From contig OZ024753.1 of NCBI GenBank assembly GCA_964016885.1, positions 8,370,001 through 8,434,000 of the forward strand: a DNA stretch of 64,000 nt, written 5' to 3'. Position 1 is the stretch's first letter. Every line of letters starts with the position of its first letter. Below are positions 12,323-25,164 of this stretch, piece by piece. Position numbers and translations under genes: made by a program. Under the pieces are notes generated by a model, which did not search any database, was not told the DNA's origin, and saw only the letters and a list, made by a program, of their open reading frames with translations. Source of the stretch: Eledone cirrhosa (taxonomy: Eukaryota).

Positions 12323-12534
12323 GTAAGTCAAAAGATTCTTTGTTAATTTCACATGTATTCATGTTTTCTAACAGAAAAAATAATTCTGATTTCTTCAATT
12401 GTTGTAGTTTTTGTTATTTCTAATAGCAATGTAACCCTCACTTCCATATATGGTCATTTGTTATGTATACCAGAAATTAACTTAAGCTCCATTGACTTCA
12501 ATGAGTATGAGGGAAACTGGGCATTTTTGTTTGC

Positions 12535-12912
12535 ATGTATGTGTGTGTGTGTGTGTGTGCGTGTGTGTGTGTGTATGTGTGTGTGTTGTATGTATGTGTT
12601 TGTGTAATGTATGTATATGTGTATGTATGTATGCAACGTACGTGTGTATGTATGTGTGTATGCTATGTATGTATTATGTATGTATGCATGTATGTGTGTA
12701 TGTATATATGTATGTATGTCTGTATGTATGTATGTATGTTTGAGTGTATGTATGTATGTATGTATGTGTGTGTATGTGTGTTTGAGTGTATATGTGTTTG
12801 AGTGTGTATGTATGTATGTATGTATGCATGTATATATGTATGTATGTGTGTGCATATATGTATGTGTGTGCATGTATGTATGTATGTATGTATGTATGTG
12901 TGCGTATGTGTG
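12535..12912. repeat. (TG)/(TATG)n compound microsatellite
   Basis: Direct. Confidence 0.95.
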
Positions 12913-13231
12913 ATATCTGAATGATTATCATCCATCCCCACCCCTTGGTCTCAGCTGACAGGTTGAAGAATTCATTGCCGGAGAGGAAGAGGAAGAAGAT
13001 AGACTGGAACAACCCACCCACTTCACGGGGATTACTTAAGCTTCCATCAGATGCACTGCTCTGTTTTAAACCATTGAATATTCATAAGTAACATTTCCAG
13101 CAGCATAACAAATTTATTCTCATCTATTGCATTATGTATCTCATAATTATCTTGAGAATAAACAGTAGCTAATGGTGATGAGATTTATTTGGGAAGGTAA
13201 GCGTTTGAACAGATAAAACTTGTTACAATTC

Positions 13232-13728
13232 AACCAATCTTGCTATATGGACGTTTTCTACCAAACAACAAAAGCACCTTGATGGCAATCCAAACAACAA
13301 AAGCACCTTGATGGCAATCCAAACAACAAAAGCACCTTGATGGCAATCCAAACAATAAAATCACCTTGATGACACCTACACTCGCCTACTTTGACACATT
13401 CAGAACATAAGCTGACGACATCTGATTTTGAGAGGGATATATGCTGGCCTCCCACGCATATCTATCGTTGTACGTAAAAGGAGAGTAAGATTTGCTGGCC
13501 ACTGCCATCATGCCACCTATGAGGCTGTGTCCCCATTAATGCTCTGGAAACCACAAGCAGTCACTAATAACAGGGGGCACAAGCTCTCCTATCCTGATGT
13601 CATCTCTAGAAATTCTGGTATTGAAATCCAGGACTTGGCAATGGCAATGAACGACAGACTCACCTGAAGATCAATTGTTGAGTCTGTTTCGGCTGAGGCC
13701 AGTGGATGATGATGATGATGATGATGAT
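13232..13728 (+). mobile_element. RTE-derived element, copy 1, with an internal 29-bp tandem x~3.7 (13261-13370)
   Basis: PILLYG.., LDG/TYTRLL, KRRVRFAGHC..LMLWKP..SYPDVI..MNDR, ending in a (GAT)n tail. Confidence 0.8.
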
Positions 13729-13899
13729 AATATCCAATATTTGACTAATCTGAGTTCTGATCCTGGATCAGGAAAGATGTTTAAGTATTATACACCAATT
13801 TATTTGGACTACTGTCCACATTTTAGTTTTTATAACCATTTTATTTTGGCTATTGTACTCTCTACCAATCTTGAAGAGGATCTGAATCATCTAATCCTC

Positions 13900-14272
13900 G
13901 GGTAAAGGATAAAGATTTCCTTTGGTCATGAATGACCAAGGGATGTGCTCGTAGGAAGTTTCCATTTGGTCGTGAATGGCCAAGGGATTTGCACCTAGAA
14001 AGTTTCCCTTTGTCTGGGCAAGCTTGTTTGTGGAAGACCAGTAGTCGCTCATACATGCCAGTGGTCATGTAGGTGCCATGAGAAAAAGCCCCCAGCACAC
14101 ACTGTAAATGTGGTTGGCACTAGGAAGGTCATCCAGCCATAGAAAACCAGCCACAAACAGTTCTATATGAGTGAGACATGGTCACCCAACCCAACTTGTC
14201 TCTAAATGGGATAAACTCGTCTAACCCATGCTAGCGTCGAAGATAGACGTTTAAAAATGCTGATGATGATGA
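13900..14272 (+). mobile_element. Older Meta-domain-type SINE with (GAT)n tail
   Basis: GGTTGGCACTAGGAAGGTCATCCAGCCATAGAAAA motif and CCCATGCTAGCG..GACGTT..(GAT)n tail. Confidence 0.65.
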
Positions 14273-14607
14273 TATATACATACATATATATATATATATA
14301 TACATAAATATATATATATATATAACTTTCTGTTGTTAGGACAGTGGAAATTAAAACGTGTGTGTATATGTAATTATGTAATTATGCAAATGAAGAGGTC
14401 AAGGAGGAAGGAGAATGCACTACTTTGAATTTAAATATGTGTTTATCAAATGAGATGTCTGCAGCTCAAATATTTAGCTGGACTGCGTGTGAAACTTGAA
14501 CTTGAAGTAGTGCATTAAGCTAATGTAATTTAATAAGTGGGTAGAAATATGAATTCAGCCACACTGTCGTGTTCTAGAAGTGCAGTGTAATAATATATCG
14601 GACTTAA

Positions 14608-14985
14608 TCATCATCATCATCATCATCATCAGGTTTAGCGTCCGTGTTCCACGCTTGCATGGGTTTGGACGGGGGTAGTCCCACTTGAGGCAAGAGTGGT
14701 TGTCTTGCTCGCATAGGACTGTCTGGCGGGTTTTCTACAGCTGGATGCCCTTCCTAACACCAACCACATTTACAGTGTGGGGCTGGGAGGTTTTTACCGT
14801 GTTGCCTACACGGCCACATTTACAGCGTGGACTGTGTGTTTTTTGTCGTGACACCTACACGATCTCATTTGTTTCGGCCTGGATGTTGTGGGACCAACAT
14901 AACTTTACATTGAAAGGGGCGGTGTGGGTGGGGTGGAGGTGGTGGGACGGGGGTGTGTTTTGATAGAGATGCCTACTGACTGTAG
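14608..14985 (-). mobile_element. Meta-domain retroposon; paralogous copies at 32024-32393 (-), 53150-53440 (+) and 59825-59995 (+)
   Basis: Shared TTTCTACAGCTGGATGCCCTTCCTAACACCAACC, ~50-bp internal modules, and a common far end GCCTACTGACTGTA in the two minus-strand copies. Confidence 0.75.
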
Positions 14986-15303
14986 TAGATTAATGTTCAG
15001 AGATATCAAGAAGTGTGAGAATTAATTTGTTTCCGTGTTTAGAATTTCTTCTCAAAGTCTTTGATTGATTCAGTTATGAGAACTAGGACATTAGCATACA
15101 GTAATCCCCATGGAGAAGGAGCTAGTCATTAACTAGTCTATCAGGGCATAAAGAACTATAATAGTTAAGTAGATGAGAATTGAGCCCTGAGGAACACCCA
15201 CAAGATCCCAGACTTCATTCGCTTGCCTCAAACTGGACAACCTGTCTTATTCATGATAGCGGTGAAAAATGGATGTTAAACAGTGATGATGATATATATA
15301 TGA

Positions 15304-15364
<61 letters not shown>

Positions 15365-15367
<3 letters not shown>

Positions 15368-15790
15368 GAAATTGGCAGAGTCGTTAGGATATCAGATAGA
15401 ATGCTTTACGGTATTCATCCACCTCATTGCGCACTCAAATCCCACCAGGGTCAACTTTGCGTTTCATCTTTTCGAGGTTGATAAATAAAGTACCAGTCTA
15501 GTACTGGGGTCGATTATTCCTCTATAGAAAAAAAATCGGCTGTGTTCAGACCTGGAGAGGGTTGAGCTCTGCCAGGATTAAAAGTTTAAAAGTGCCCTAA
15601 ACACGCCATTTGACGGTGCCTCTATGACTCCACAAGGAGTTATGGTACCAGTGCAGTACTGGGTTGATTCTTCCTCTATAGAAAAAATCGGCTGTGTTCA
15701 GGCCTGGAGAAATTTGGGCTCTGCCAGGTTTAAAAGTGCCCTAGACATGCCGTATGATGGTGTCTCTATGACACCACAAGGGGTTATGAG
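15365..15790 (+). mobile_element. Nin-type SINE with an alternative 3' tail, duplicated in tandem (~155 bp x2); related copy at ~39040-39290
   Basis: GTACCAG..GTACTGGGG(T/G)..GATT.TTCCTCTATAG...GAGTTAT is repeated at 15490 and 15645. Confidence 0.7.
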
Positions 15791-15908
15791 ATCTTTATCC
15801 TTTTATATATATACCATGGAAGATAGACGTTAAACGATGATGATGATATAATTCATTATATATCTATTTATATATATATATAAAATTCATTATATATATA
15901 TAATTCAT

Positions 15909-15938
<30 letters not shown>

Positions 15939-15939
<1 letters not shown>

Positions 15940-16122
15940 GCAGTGGATTGACAGTATCAGTAGAGGGCCGGACGCCATGATTTGAAGCATAGAGTTACCT
16001 CCCTTTATGATCTGAGTTCAAATCCCGCCGAGGTTAACTTTGCCTTTCATCCTTATGGGGTCGATAAAATAAGTACCAGTAATGCACTGAGTAATTGCTG
16101 GCCTTGTGCCAAAAGTAGAAAC

Positions 16123-16174
<52 letters not shown>

Positions 16175-16308
16175 CATTATATTTATATATATATAGTTCA
16201 AATCCCGCCGAGGTTGACTTTGCCTTTCATCCTTACGGGGTCGATAAAATAAAGTACCAGTAATGCACTGGGTATTTTCTGCCCTTGTGCCTAAAGTAGA
16301 AACAATTA
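15939..16308 (+). mobile_element. Deu/Nin SINE plus a second 5'-truncated copy, in (TA)n
   Basis: Consensus match. Confidence 0.85.
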
Positions 16309-16387
16309 TATTTATATATATATATATAAATGGCTTCTACAAGACTAGGACTGTTTCATTAGAGCTTCCTGATGATTTCTCCCAAAT

Positions 16388-16438
16388 GGCTTCTACGGGA
16401 CTAGAACTGTTTCATTTGGGAGAAATCATCAGGAAGCC
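16388..16438 (-). ncRNA. Type I hammerhead ribozyme in a fold-back PLE-like element (16328-16551)
   Basis: Minus strand: GGCTTC CTGATGA TTTCTCCCAAAT GAAA CAG-TTCTAGTC-CCG TA GAAGCC, with a 6-bp stem I and GUA site. Stems II and III each carry a mismatch relative to the 28.6-kb copy. Confidence 0.7.
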
Positions 16439-16557
16439 CGAATGAAACAGTTCTAGTCCTGTAGAAGCCATTTCTATATTAAATATTTATACTCTGCTAT
16501 GTATTCAGTACCTTACTTACTGTGGTTACCTCCGATTGAACCCGGGATAAACATATA

Positions 16558-16568
16558 TATATATCACC

Positions 16569-16609
<41 letters not shown>

Positions 16610-16710
16610 CACTGTGTATATGTATATATCACTGTATATATATATATAGTTATGTAATAAACAACATAAGGCAATTATTTCATTTACCAGTGGTTTCTTA
16701 TAATATCACC

Positions 16711-16751
<41 letters not shown>

Positions 16752-17077
16752 CACCATATATATATATATATATATATATATCACATCACCGTATATATAT
16801 ATATATATATATAAAGGGCGGTGAATTGGCAGTATCGGTAGAGGGTCGGACATGCTTTCCAGCATAGTTACGTCGCCTTACGATCTGAGTTCAAATCCTG
16901 CCGAGGTTAACTTTGCTTTTCATCCTTACGGGGTCGATAAAATAAAGTACCAGTAACGTACTGGGTAATTGCTGGCCTTGTGCCAAATGTAGAAACAATT
17001 ATGTATATATATATAATATCACCATATATATATATATATATATAATATCACCGTATATATATATATATATAATATCA

Positions 17078-17134
<57 letters not shown>

Positions 17135-17183
17135 CACCGTATATATATATATATATAATATCACCGTATATATATATATATAT
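16558..17183. repeat. Compound minisatellite [AATATCACC(G/A)T(AT)n] interrupted by a Deu/Nin SINE at 16817-17001
   Basis: About 12 ATCACC/ATCACT anchors separated by variable (AT)n. Confidence 0.85.
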
Positions 17184-17233
17184 AGAAAAGATGAATATAA
17201 AATGAATGTGCTTTTATAAAGGAATTTATTAGG

Positions 17234-17351
17234 TATTGACATATGTTTCTGTAACAGATGGAATACCTATGTATCGCTGCTTGCGTAATCATATAATGTT
17301 AGCAAGTATTTGATAGCAAATGTATAATCAGTTGTCACTTCTTCAGAGATA
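17234..17351 (-). ncRNA. Hammerhead-like motif with a long stem II insert in the PLE 3' region
   Basis: Minus strand: TATCT CTGAAGA A GTGACA..~75 nt..TGTTAC A GAAA CATATGTC AATA. Palindromic stem III ACATATGT and GUC site; stem I is imperfect. Confidence 0.55.
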
Positions 17352-17814
17352 TTGGATAAATTGGAAAAAATCAGAAAAATTAAAGTATTTATATTAGTTG
17401 TAAGAAAGGAAGAAGACAGATGGCAATTCAATTTACTGGTAAACAAGTATATAGAAGGTTTTTAATGAGAATACAATGAGTATATGGCTTATTTATCTAA
17501 ATAAGAATTTTTGGGAGTGCCTATTTTAATCTATATTTGACCAATTGAACAATGGACAGGGTTGGTCGTTTGGTGTAGTAGTATTAATACAGATATAAAG
17601 TGTCAAGTAAGGAAGAGAGAGATTTTCACTGTTACTGTATAACAACAATGCTGGTAGCCTGCTGGTATATGCATTAGGGAATTGAATTAAGAAATCTCAT
17701 TTTATCTATAGCAGTTTATATTAAATAGTAAAGAATAGAAGAGTTGATAGAATTAAGACTAATAGTGAATATTAATATGTATTTTGACAATCAAACGGAG
17801 ATGGAGACAGGCGT

Positions 17815-18248
17815 TCAATCCTGGTAGCGTTTGTAATATGAAAATGTAGATTTCAAGCGATGTTTACAGTATAACGATCGCTCTATTCTGTTATTTAATA
17901 AAATATTTTTGGATTTCATAATACAAAATATTTCCATATTACACGATTTACAAAATTCCTGTCCCTGGTTTATGCATGGGTTATCACTATTATATCCCAT
18001 TTTAGGTTAAATTGTTGGTTATTTTCGCGCAGCTGCCAAACCTTGTCTGCGATTGTTGTTAATTAACGCTGGTTTTCATGTTTTATCGAGTAACGATGTC
18101 TACAAAGGCGAGATTTGAAGGTAGCTGTAGATCCCACATAGTACCACTTCTGGCTACCCGATTCGATAGTACATTTGTATATGATGTTGCATTCAAGACA
18201 CTAATTGTTCAACGGACACATTCCTGGTTGGACACAGTTACAGTTATA
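17815..18248 (-). pseudogene. Penelope-like element (Neptune-type) Cys linker + GIY-YIG endonuclease remnant; element spans ~17185-18310
   Basis: Minus strand: YNCNCVQPGMCPLNN*CLECNIIYKCTIESGSQKWYYVGSTATFKSRLCRHRYSIKHENQR*LTTIADKVWQLRENNQQFNLKWDII /fs/ FCKSCNMEIFCIMKSKNILLNNRIERSLYCKHRLK. Two stops and one frameshift. Confidence 0.85.
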
Positions 18249-18365
18249 TATAAACGGAAAAAATGAAACAAAATTTCATTTCTCACTCTTAGTACGGCTG
18301 TTACTTAAATATAAGTATGTATACGTACATACATATATGTATACAGACGTATATATATATATACA

Positions 18366-18397
<32 letters not shown>

Positions 18398-18915
18398 CTA
18401 CTGTACGTCTGTATACATATATGTATGTACGTATACATACTTATATTTATATATATATATACATATATACATTCAGAGAGAGAGAAGGAGAGAGGTTACA
18501 TTTTATTGTTGCTCCAATATTAAATTATTTCTTCAAATTTTATGTCATTGTGTATAGGAACTTTTGACTCCTTAGCAAAATCATCAATTCAACTTTTCAC
18601 TTGCTATAAATACATCACAGTGTAGGCAACATTTTACAGTTATTGTAATTTTACTTTTAGTTTTTAGTTCTAAAAATTGAATCAATATTTATCTTTTTTT
18701 CTCAAATTAAACAATAAAAAAAGAAAAGAACAATTTGCTTTGAGATTCTGAGATATTTTTACATTTTAGCTTTTAGCTGTATATTCTCATGATAGTACAT
18801 GTAACAAATACATGTATATATATACACACATACACATGCAATACGTGTGTGTATATATTTATTTATTTATCTATGCATATATATATTTACATATATAAAT
18901 ACACACAAACATACC

Positions 18916-18967
<52 letters not shown>

Positions 18968-19639
18968 TTCACACATGCAATACGTATCTGAGTGTATATA
19001 TTTATTTGTTTATTTATATATATACACAGAAACATACATACATGTATATATATATATCTATCTATATATATATACACACATGCATGCATACATATATACA
19101 TACACACACCATACACGCACATATATATACATGCATGCCTACATTAATTCGGTGTTTCTTTATCACATAGATCAATATCTTTCTACTTTTGCTTTCAGAG
19201 GCTTAATGATGTTAAAGAGATGGGATTTTATCTCACTCCATTTTATTCTTCTTTCTTTGCTTTATATATTTATTTGACATTATTTGTTCTTTCGTTGGAG
19301 TTCCATTGTTAGTTTTGTATACAATGACCTGATATATAAAATACTGTTATACAGTGTTGTCGTGATTGTTTTTTTTATATATTTCATTCATGTATATATA
19401 TATATATTTTATTTTGGTTTCCATTAACTCTTGTTTCCTGTAACAAAAACCAGTTTCTTAATTCAAATGTTTATAGTGTTTTTACAACTGGACAGGAAAT
19501 CGTTGTGAACAATTTTTGCTGTATTTGAGTAATTAGTTAATTTTTTAAGTGATTCAGTCTTAGTGATGTTTAGAACTTTTTAAGAATAAAGTAATATCTC
19601 TGCAAATACAGTGTGTGTAACTGAGCTTGCTGGGTATAT

Positions 19640-21738
19640 AACCAATCTTGCTATATGGAAGTGAAACATGGATGATTTCATCCAAACAACAAAGGCACCT
19701 TGATGGCACCTACACTACTACTACCTTGATGGCACTTACACTACTACTACCTTGATGGCACCTACACTACTACTACCTTGATGGCACCTACACTACTACT
19801 ACCTTGATGGCACCTACACTACTACTACCACCTTGATGGCACCTACACTACTACTACTACCTTGATGGCACCTACACTACTACTACCTTGATGGCACCTA
19901 CACTACTACTACCTTGATGGCACCTACACTACTACTACCTTGATGGCACTTACACTACTACTACCTTGATGGCACTTACACTACTACTACCACCTTGATG
20001 GCACCTACACTACTACTACCTTGATGGCACCTACACTACTACTACCTTGATGGCACCTACACTAATACTACCTTGATGGCACCTACACTACTACTACCTT
20101 GATGGCACCTACACTACTACTACCTTGATGGCACCTACACTACTACTACCTTGATGGCACTTACACTACTACTACCTTGATGGCACTTACACTACTACTA
20201 CCTTGATGGCACCTACACTACTACTACCTTGATGGCACTTACACTACTACTACCTTGATGGCACCTACACTACTACTACCTTGATGGCACCTACACTACT
20301 ACTACCTTGATGGCACCTACACTACTACTACCTTGATGGCACCTACACTACTACTACCTTGATGGCACCTACACTACTACTACCTTGATGGTACCTACAC
20401 TACTACTACCTTGATGGCACCTACACTACTACTACCTTGATGGCACCTACACTACTACTACCTTGATGGTACCTACACTACTACTACCTTGATGGCACCT
20501 ACACTACTACTACCTTGATGGCACCTACACTACTACTACCTTGATGGCACCTACACTACTACTACCTTGATGGCACCTACACTACTACTACCTTGATGGT
20601 ACCTACACTACTACTACCTTGATGGCACCTACACTACTACTACCTTGATGGCACTTACACTACTACTACCTTGATGGCACCTACACTACTACTACCTTGA
20701 TGGCACTTACACTACTACTACCTTGATGGCACCTACACTACTACTACCTTGATGGCACCTACACTACTACTACCTTGATGGCACCTACACTACTACTACC
20801 TTGATGGCACCTACACTACTACTACCTTGATGGCACTTACACTACTACTACCTTGATGGCACCTACACTACTACTACCTTGATGGCACTTACACTACTAC
20901 TACCTTGATGGCACCTACACTACTACTACCTTGATGGCACCTACACTACTACTACCTTGATGGCACCTACACTACTACTACCTTGATGGCACTTACACTA
21001 CTACTACCTTGATGGCACTTACACTACTACTACCTTGATGGCACCTACACTACTACTACCTTGATGGCACCTACACTACTACTACCTTGATGGCACCTAC
21101 ACTACTACTACCTTGATGGCACCTACACTACTACTACCTTGATGGCACCTACACTACTACTACCTTGATGGCACCTACACTACTACTACCTTGATGGCAC
21201 CTACACTACTACTACCTTGATGGCACCTACACTACTACTACCTTGATGGCACCTACACTACTACTACCTTGATGGCACTTACACTCGCCTGCTTCAGCGC
21301 ATTCAGAACATTTAGAACAGAAGCTGGCGACATCTGACTTTGAGAGAGATATATGCCGACCTCCCACACATATCTGTCATTGTACGTAAAAGGAGAGTAA
21401 GATTTGCTGGCCACTGCCATCGTGCCACCTCTGAGACTGTGTCCCCATTAGTGCTCACTCTGGAAACCACAAGCAGTCACTAATAACAGGGGGCACAAGC
21501 TCTCCTATCCCGATTTGCTGGCCACTGCCATCGTGCCACCTACAAGGCTGTGTCCCCATTACTCCTTTGGAAACCACAAGCAGTCCCTAATAACAGGGGG
21601 CACAAGCTCTCCTATCCCGATGTCATCTCCAGAGATTCTGGTATTGAAATCCAGCATTTGGCAGCGGCAATGAACACCAGACCATGTGGAGATCAAATGT
21701 TGAGTCCGTTTCAGCTGAGGCCTCTGGATGATGATGAT
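19640..21738 (+). mobile_element. RTE-derived element, copy 2, with a 26-bp array and an ~120-bp internal duplication (21402-21512 / 21513-21620)
   Basis: PILLYGSETWMISSKQQRHLDGTYT..RLLQRIQN; colinear with 13232-13728; (GAT)n tail. Confidence 0.85.
19698..21285. repeat. 26-bp minisatellite (CCTTGATGGCACCTACACTACTACTA) x~60
   Basis: Near-perfect units with C/T variants and a few +3-nt units. Confidence 0.97.
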
Positions 21739-21837
21739 ATAAATATATAAACATGCCTCCAAATTAGATATATCATCATCATCATCATTTTACGTCCGCT
21801 TTTCCCTGCTTGCAGATATGACTTTATTATATACTTT

Positions 21838-22025
21838 GGCAATAGATTGGCAGAATTGGTAGAGCGTCAGACACCATGTTTTGCAGCATGGAGTTGGGGC
21901 CCTTTACGTTATGCGTTCAAATGCCGCTAAGGTTAACTATGTTTTTCATCTTTACGGGGTCGATAAAATAAAGTACCAGTAATGCACAGGGGTAATTTGC
22001 TGGCCTTGTGCCAAAAAATAGAAAA
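21838..22025 (+). mobile_element. Deu/Nin SINE, diverged
   Basis: Consensus match. Confidence 0.8.
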
Positions 22026-22398
22026 GTATATACTTCGGCCTTACACATTTCTCACTATATGTCTTTTTTAAGAATGACTTGTTAATGCTGTTTTATGTGG
22101 TACAGGACGTTAGGTGTTATTATTCTATGCTTACATTTTTGTTATTAATGTGAAAATAATATCACACACACACACGCACACACACACATGAGCATATGCA
22201 CCCAGTACACTCTGTAAAGTGGTTATGCTGGAGGTGCATTCAGCCATGAAAGTAATTCTAAATATGGAACATGTACAAGACAATGTTCCCTAACAAGTTT
22301 AGTTTTGGACTGTGACAATCCATCAAACCCTTTCCAGTTTCGAAACCAGACATAAAATGTTGATGATGATGATGATGTATATATGAAAATATACAGTT

Positions 22399-22837
22399 TT
22401 AACCCTTTAACATTTACATTAATCTATATATACTATTGTATTTTTGTGGTAAAGGTTTTATCTTACATAATTATCTCACATAATATCGAATCTGTTAAAT
22501 TTTGATGTTATATATTTTGAGAACAATATCTCAACATCAGTATATGGGGCTAGTTACAGCTGGTTTGAACAGAAAAAGGTGAAAGAATCCTGGCCAGATA
22601 TGACCAGTTTTAAATGCTAAAGGATTAACCCTTTAGCATTCACATTACTCTATATAGACAATTATATTTTCACATAAAAGCTTTACTTCACATAATTATC
22701 TCGCATAATATCGAATCTACGAGATTTTGATATTTATTTCAAGAACAATACATTAACATCAGTATGAGTGGCCAGTTACAACCAGTTTGAACAGAAAGAG
22801 GTGAGGGAATTCTGGCAAGATATAGCCTAAGGGTTAA
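22399..22837 (+). mobile_element. Head-to-tail dimer of the piggyBac-type MITE sharing one TTAA (22625-22628)
   Basis: TTAA|CCCTTTAAC...GCTAAAGGA|TTAA|CCCTTTAGC...CTAAGGG|TTAA. Confidence 0.85.
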
Positions 22838-23643
22838 GCCAAATTTGCTGTTATTCTGTGGTAGCAAAATCTTGAAACTTTCTAACTATTCAATTGCTCT
22901 AAGATTAATCATACACATAAAAGGAAGGGAATAAGATTTACACCCAGTACACTCTGTAAAGAGGAAATGCTGGTGCATTCAACCATGAAAACCATTCCAA
23001 AATATGGAACATATGAACAAAACATGGCTCCCTAACCAGTTTCGTTTTGGAGAGTGACAACCCATCAAAACCTTTCCAGCTTCGAAACCAGACATAAAAT
23101 GTTGATGATGATAATGTATATATGAAAATATACACAGAATTAAACAGAATTCACTGTTATTCAGTGGTACAAAAATCTTCAAACTTTCTAACCATTCAAT
23201 TGCTCTAAGATTAATCATATATATAAAAAGAAGGGAGTAAGATTGTAGGAAGAATTTATAATTGAAATGTCTGCTGCTAAAAGTTGCTTGCCACAGGCTT
23301 AATGACATGAAATGTCAGAGGAGAAAAACCAACTAGCCTCTACTTGTCAATGTAATGAGTGAAGTACATTCAATATATGTAGCTCATTCACTTAACTTGT
23401 CAACTAGTTTATAGCCAGGGACCAATACTTTATATATATATATATATCTGTGTGTGTGTATTTATATATGTATATGTATGTGTATATATATATATATATA
23501 TATAGTAATAATAATAAATTTGAAGACTAAAATCCAAAGAGGGCTCGATAGGGATAAATATATATAAAATATATAACAACCATAGAGCAAATATTTATTA
23601 AAATAACAGATATTTTGCTTAAACTTTAATGTTATTTTAATAA

Positions 23644-23709
<66 letters not shown>

Positions 23710-24122
23710 CTGTGTGTGTGTATTTATATATGTATATGTATGTATGTATATATATATATATATATAGGTATATATGTCTGTGGAAGAATGGCCATAAAAC
23801 AGTGATGGTGGTGATGATGATGATGACATATATGTAGATATATATATAAATTTATATATATATATTTACAAACACACACCTACATACATACATGTATATA
23901 TATGATCAATAATTGTTTCTACGTTAGACAGAAGGCCAGCAATTACCCAGTGCATTACTGGTACTTTATTTTATCGACCCCGTAAGGATGAAAGGCAAAG
24001 TTAACCTTTACAACCAAGGAAGAATTATACAATTATGCTTGTATATATATGTATGTATATATATGTTTATATGTACATCTGTTTATATGCATGCATGCAT
24101 GTATATATGTATAATTCACTAC

Positions 24123-24165
<43 letters not shown>

Positions 24166-24168
<3 letters not shown>

Positions 24169-24486
24169 TCATCATCATTTTACGTCCACTTTTCCCTGCT
24201 TGCAAGGGTGGGATGGGAACTGATTCTGGCTTGATTTCTACAGCTGGATGCCCTTCCTAACACCAACCTCATTTACAGTGTGGGCTGGGTGCTTTTTTGC
24301 CGTGGCACCTCCACGACCACTTTGCAGTGGAATGATAGGGACCCCAGTCCCTATCATCTCATTTCTACAGCTGAGAAAACTGGAACAATGTGAAATAAAG
24401 TGTCTTGCTCAAGGAAACAACACATCTGAGAATTGAACTCACAACCTTTCGATTGCAAGCTCTAACCACTAAGCCATGTGCCTCCA
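24166..24486 (-). mobile_element. Composite tRNA + CORE + Meta SINE with (GAT)n tail; other copies at 50738-51080 (+), 52787-53125 (+) and 62285-62672 (-), and a head starting at ~63971
   Basis: tRNA-like head GGAGGCACATGGCTTAGTGGTTAGAGC..GAGTTCAATTC, CORE-like CCTTGAGCAAGACACTT, and Meta-like AGGAAGGGCATCCAGCTGTAGAAA. Confidence 0.8.
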
Positions 24487-24507
24487 TATATATGTATATG
24501 TATATGT

Positions 24508-24577
<70 letters not shown>

Positions 24578-24611
24578 GTATGTATACATAGATACATACA
24601 TATATATATAT

Positions 24612-24669
<58 letters not shown>

Positions 24670-25164
24670 GTATATATGTATATATGTATAATAATACCAT
24701 CCCAGATGACAGTGTTCGTGAATAGAGTTTGAGTGGTTCTTTATTTACACATACATACATACACACTTACACAGTACACACATGCACAAACACACTTGCC
24801 CAGTACACACACACATGTACTATTTAATTAGTGACAAACGTACACATTCGCAAACATTTTATAACTCCAAGCACACCTGTCTTATGTTTTTTTTTTTTCT
24901 GTTTCAACATCAATTTTGTTTGTTTGTTATGTTTTGTTGTTTTGTCTTTTTTCTTATATTAATGTCTGCCTTTCAACACTGACAAGCATTTCTCAAGTTT
25001 GGGGAGTCCCAGAATATCTCCAAACTATGAAATCATCTCAGCTTTAAATGATCTCCCCTGAGAGAGTGAGAGGAGAAGTAGCTCTCCATTTCTTTCATTT
25101 TATTTCATCATTGCCCAATTTTTCTCTCTAATAATTTTAACCACTCACAATCAACTCAAGACGA

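Noticed and set aside
19698-21285. CRISPR-like appearance of the 26-bp array (also the 61-bp and 35-bp arrays)
   Set aside because: Units are contiguous with no unique spacers, there are no cas genes, the context is eukaryotic, and the 26- and 61-bp units derive from LINE sequence
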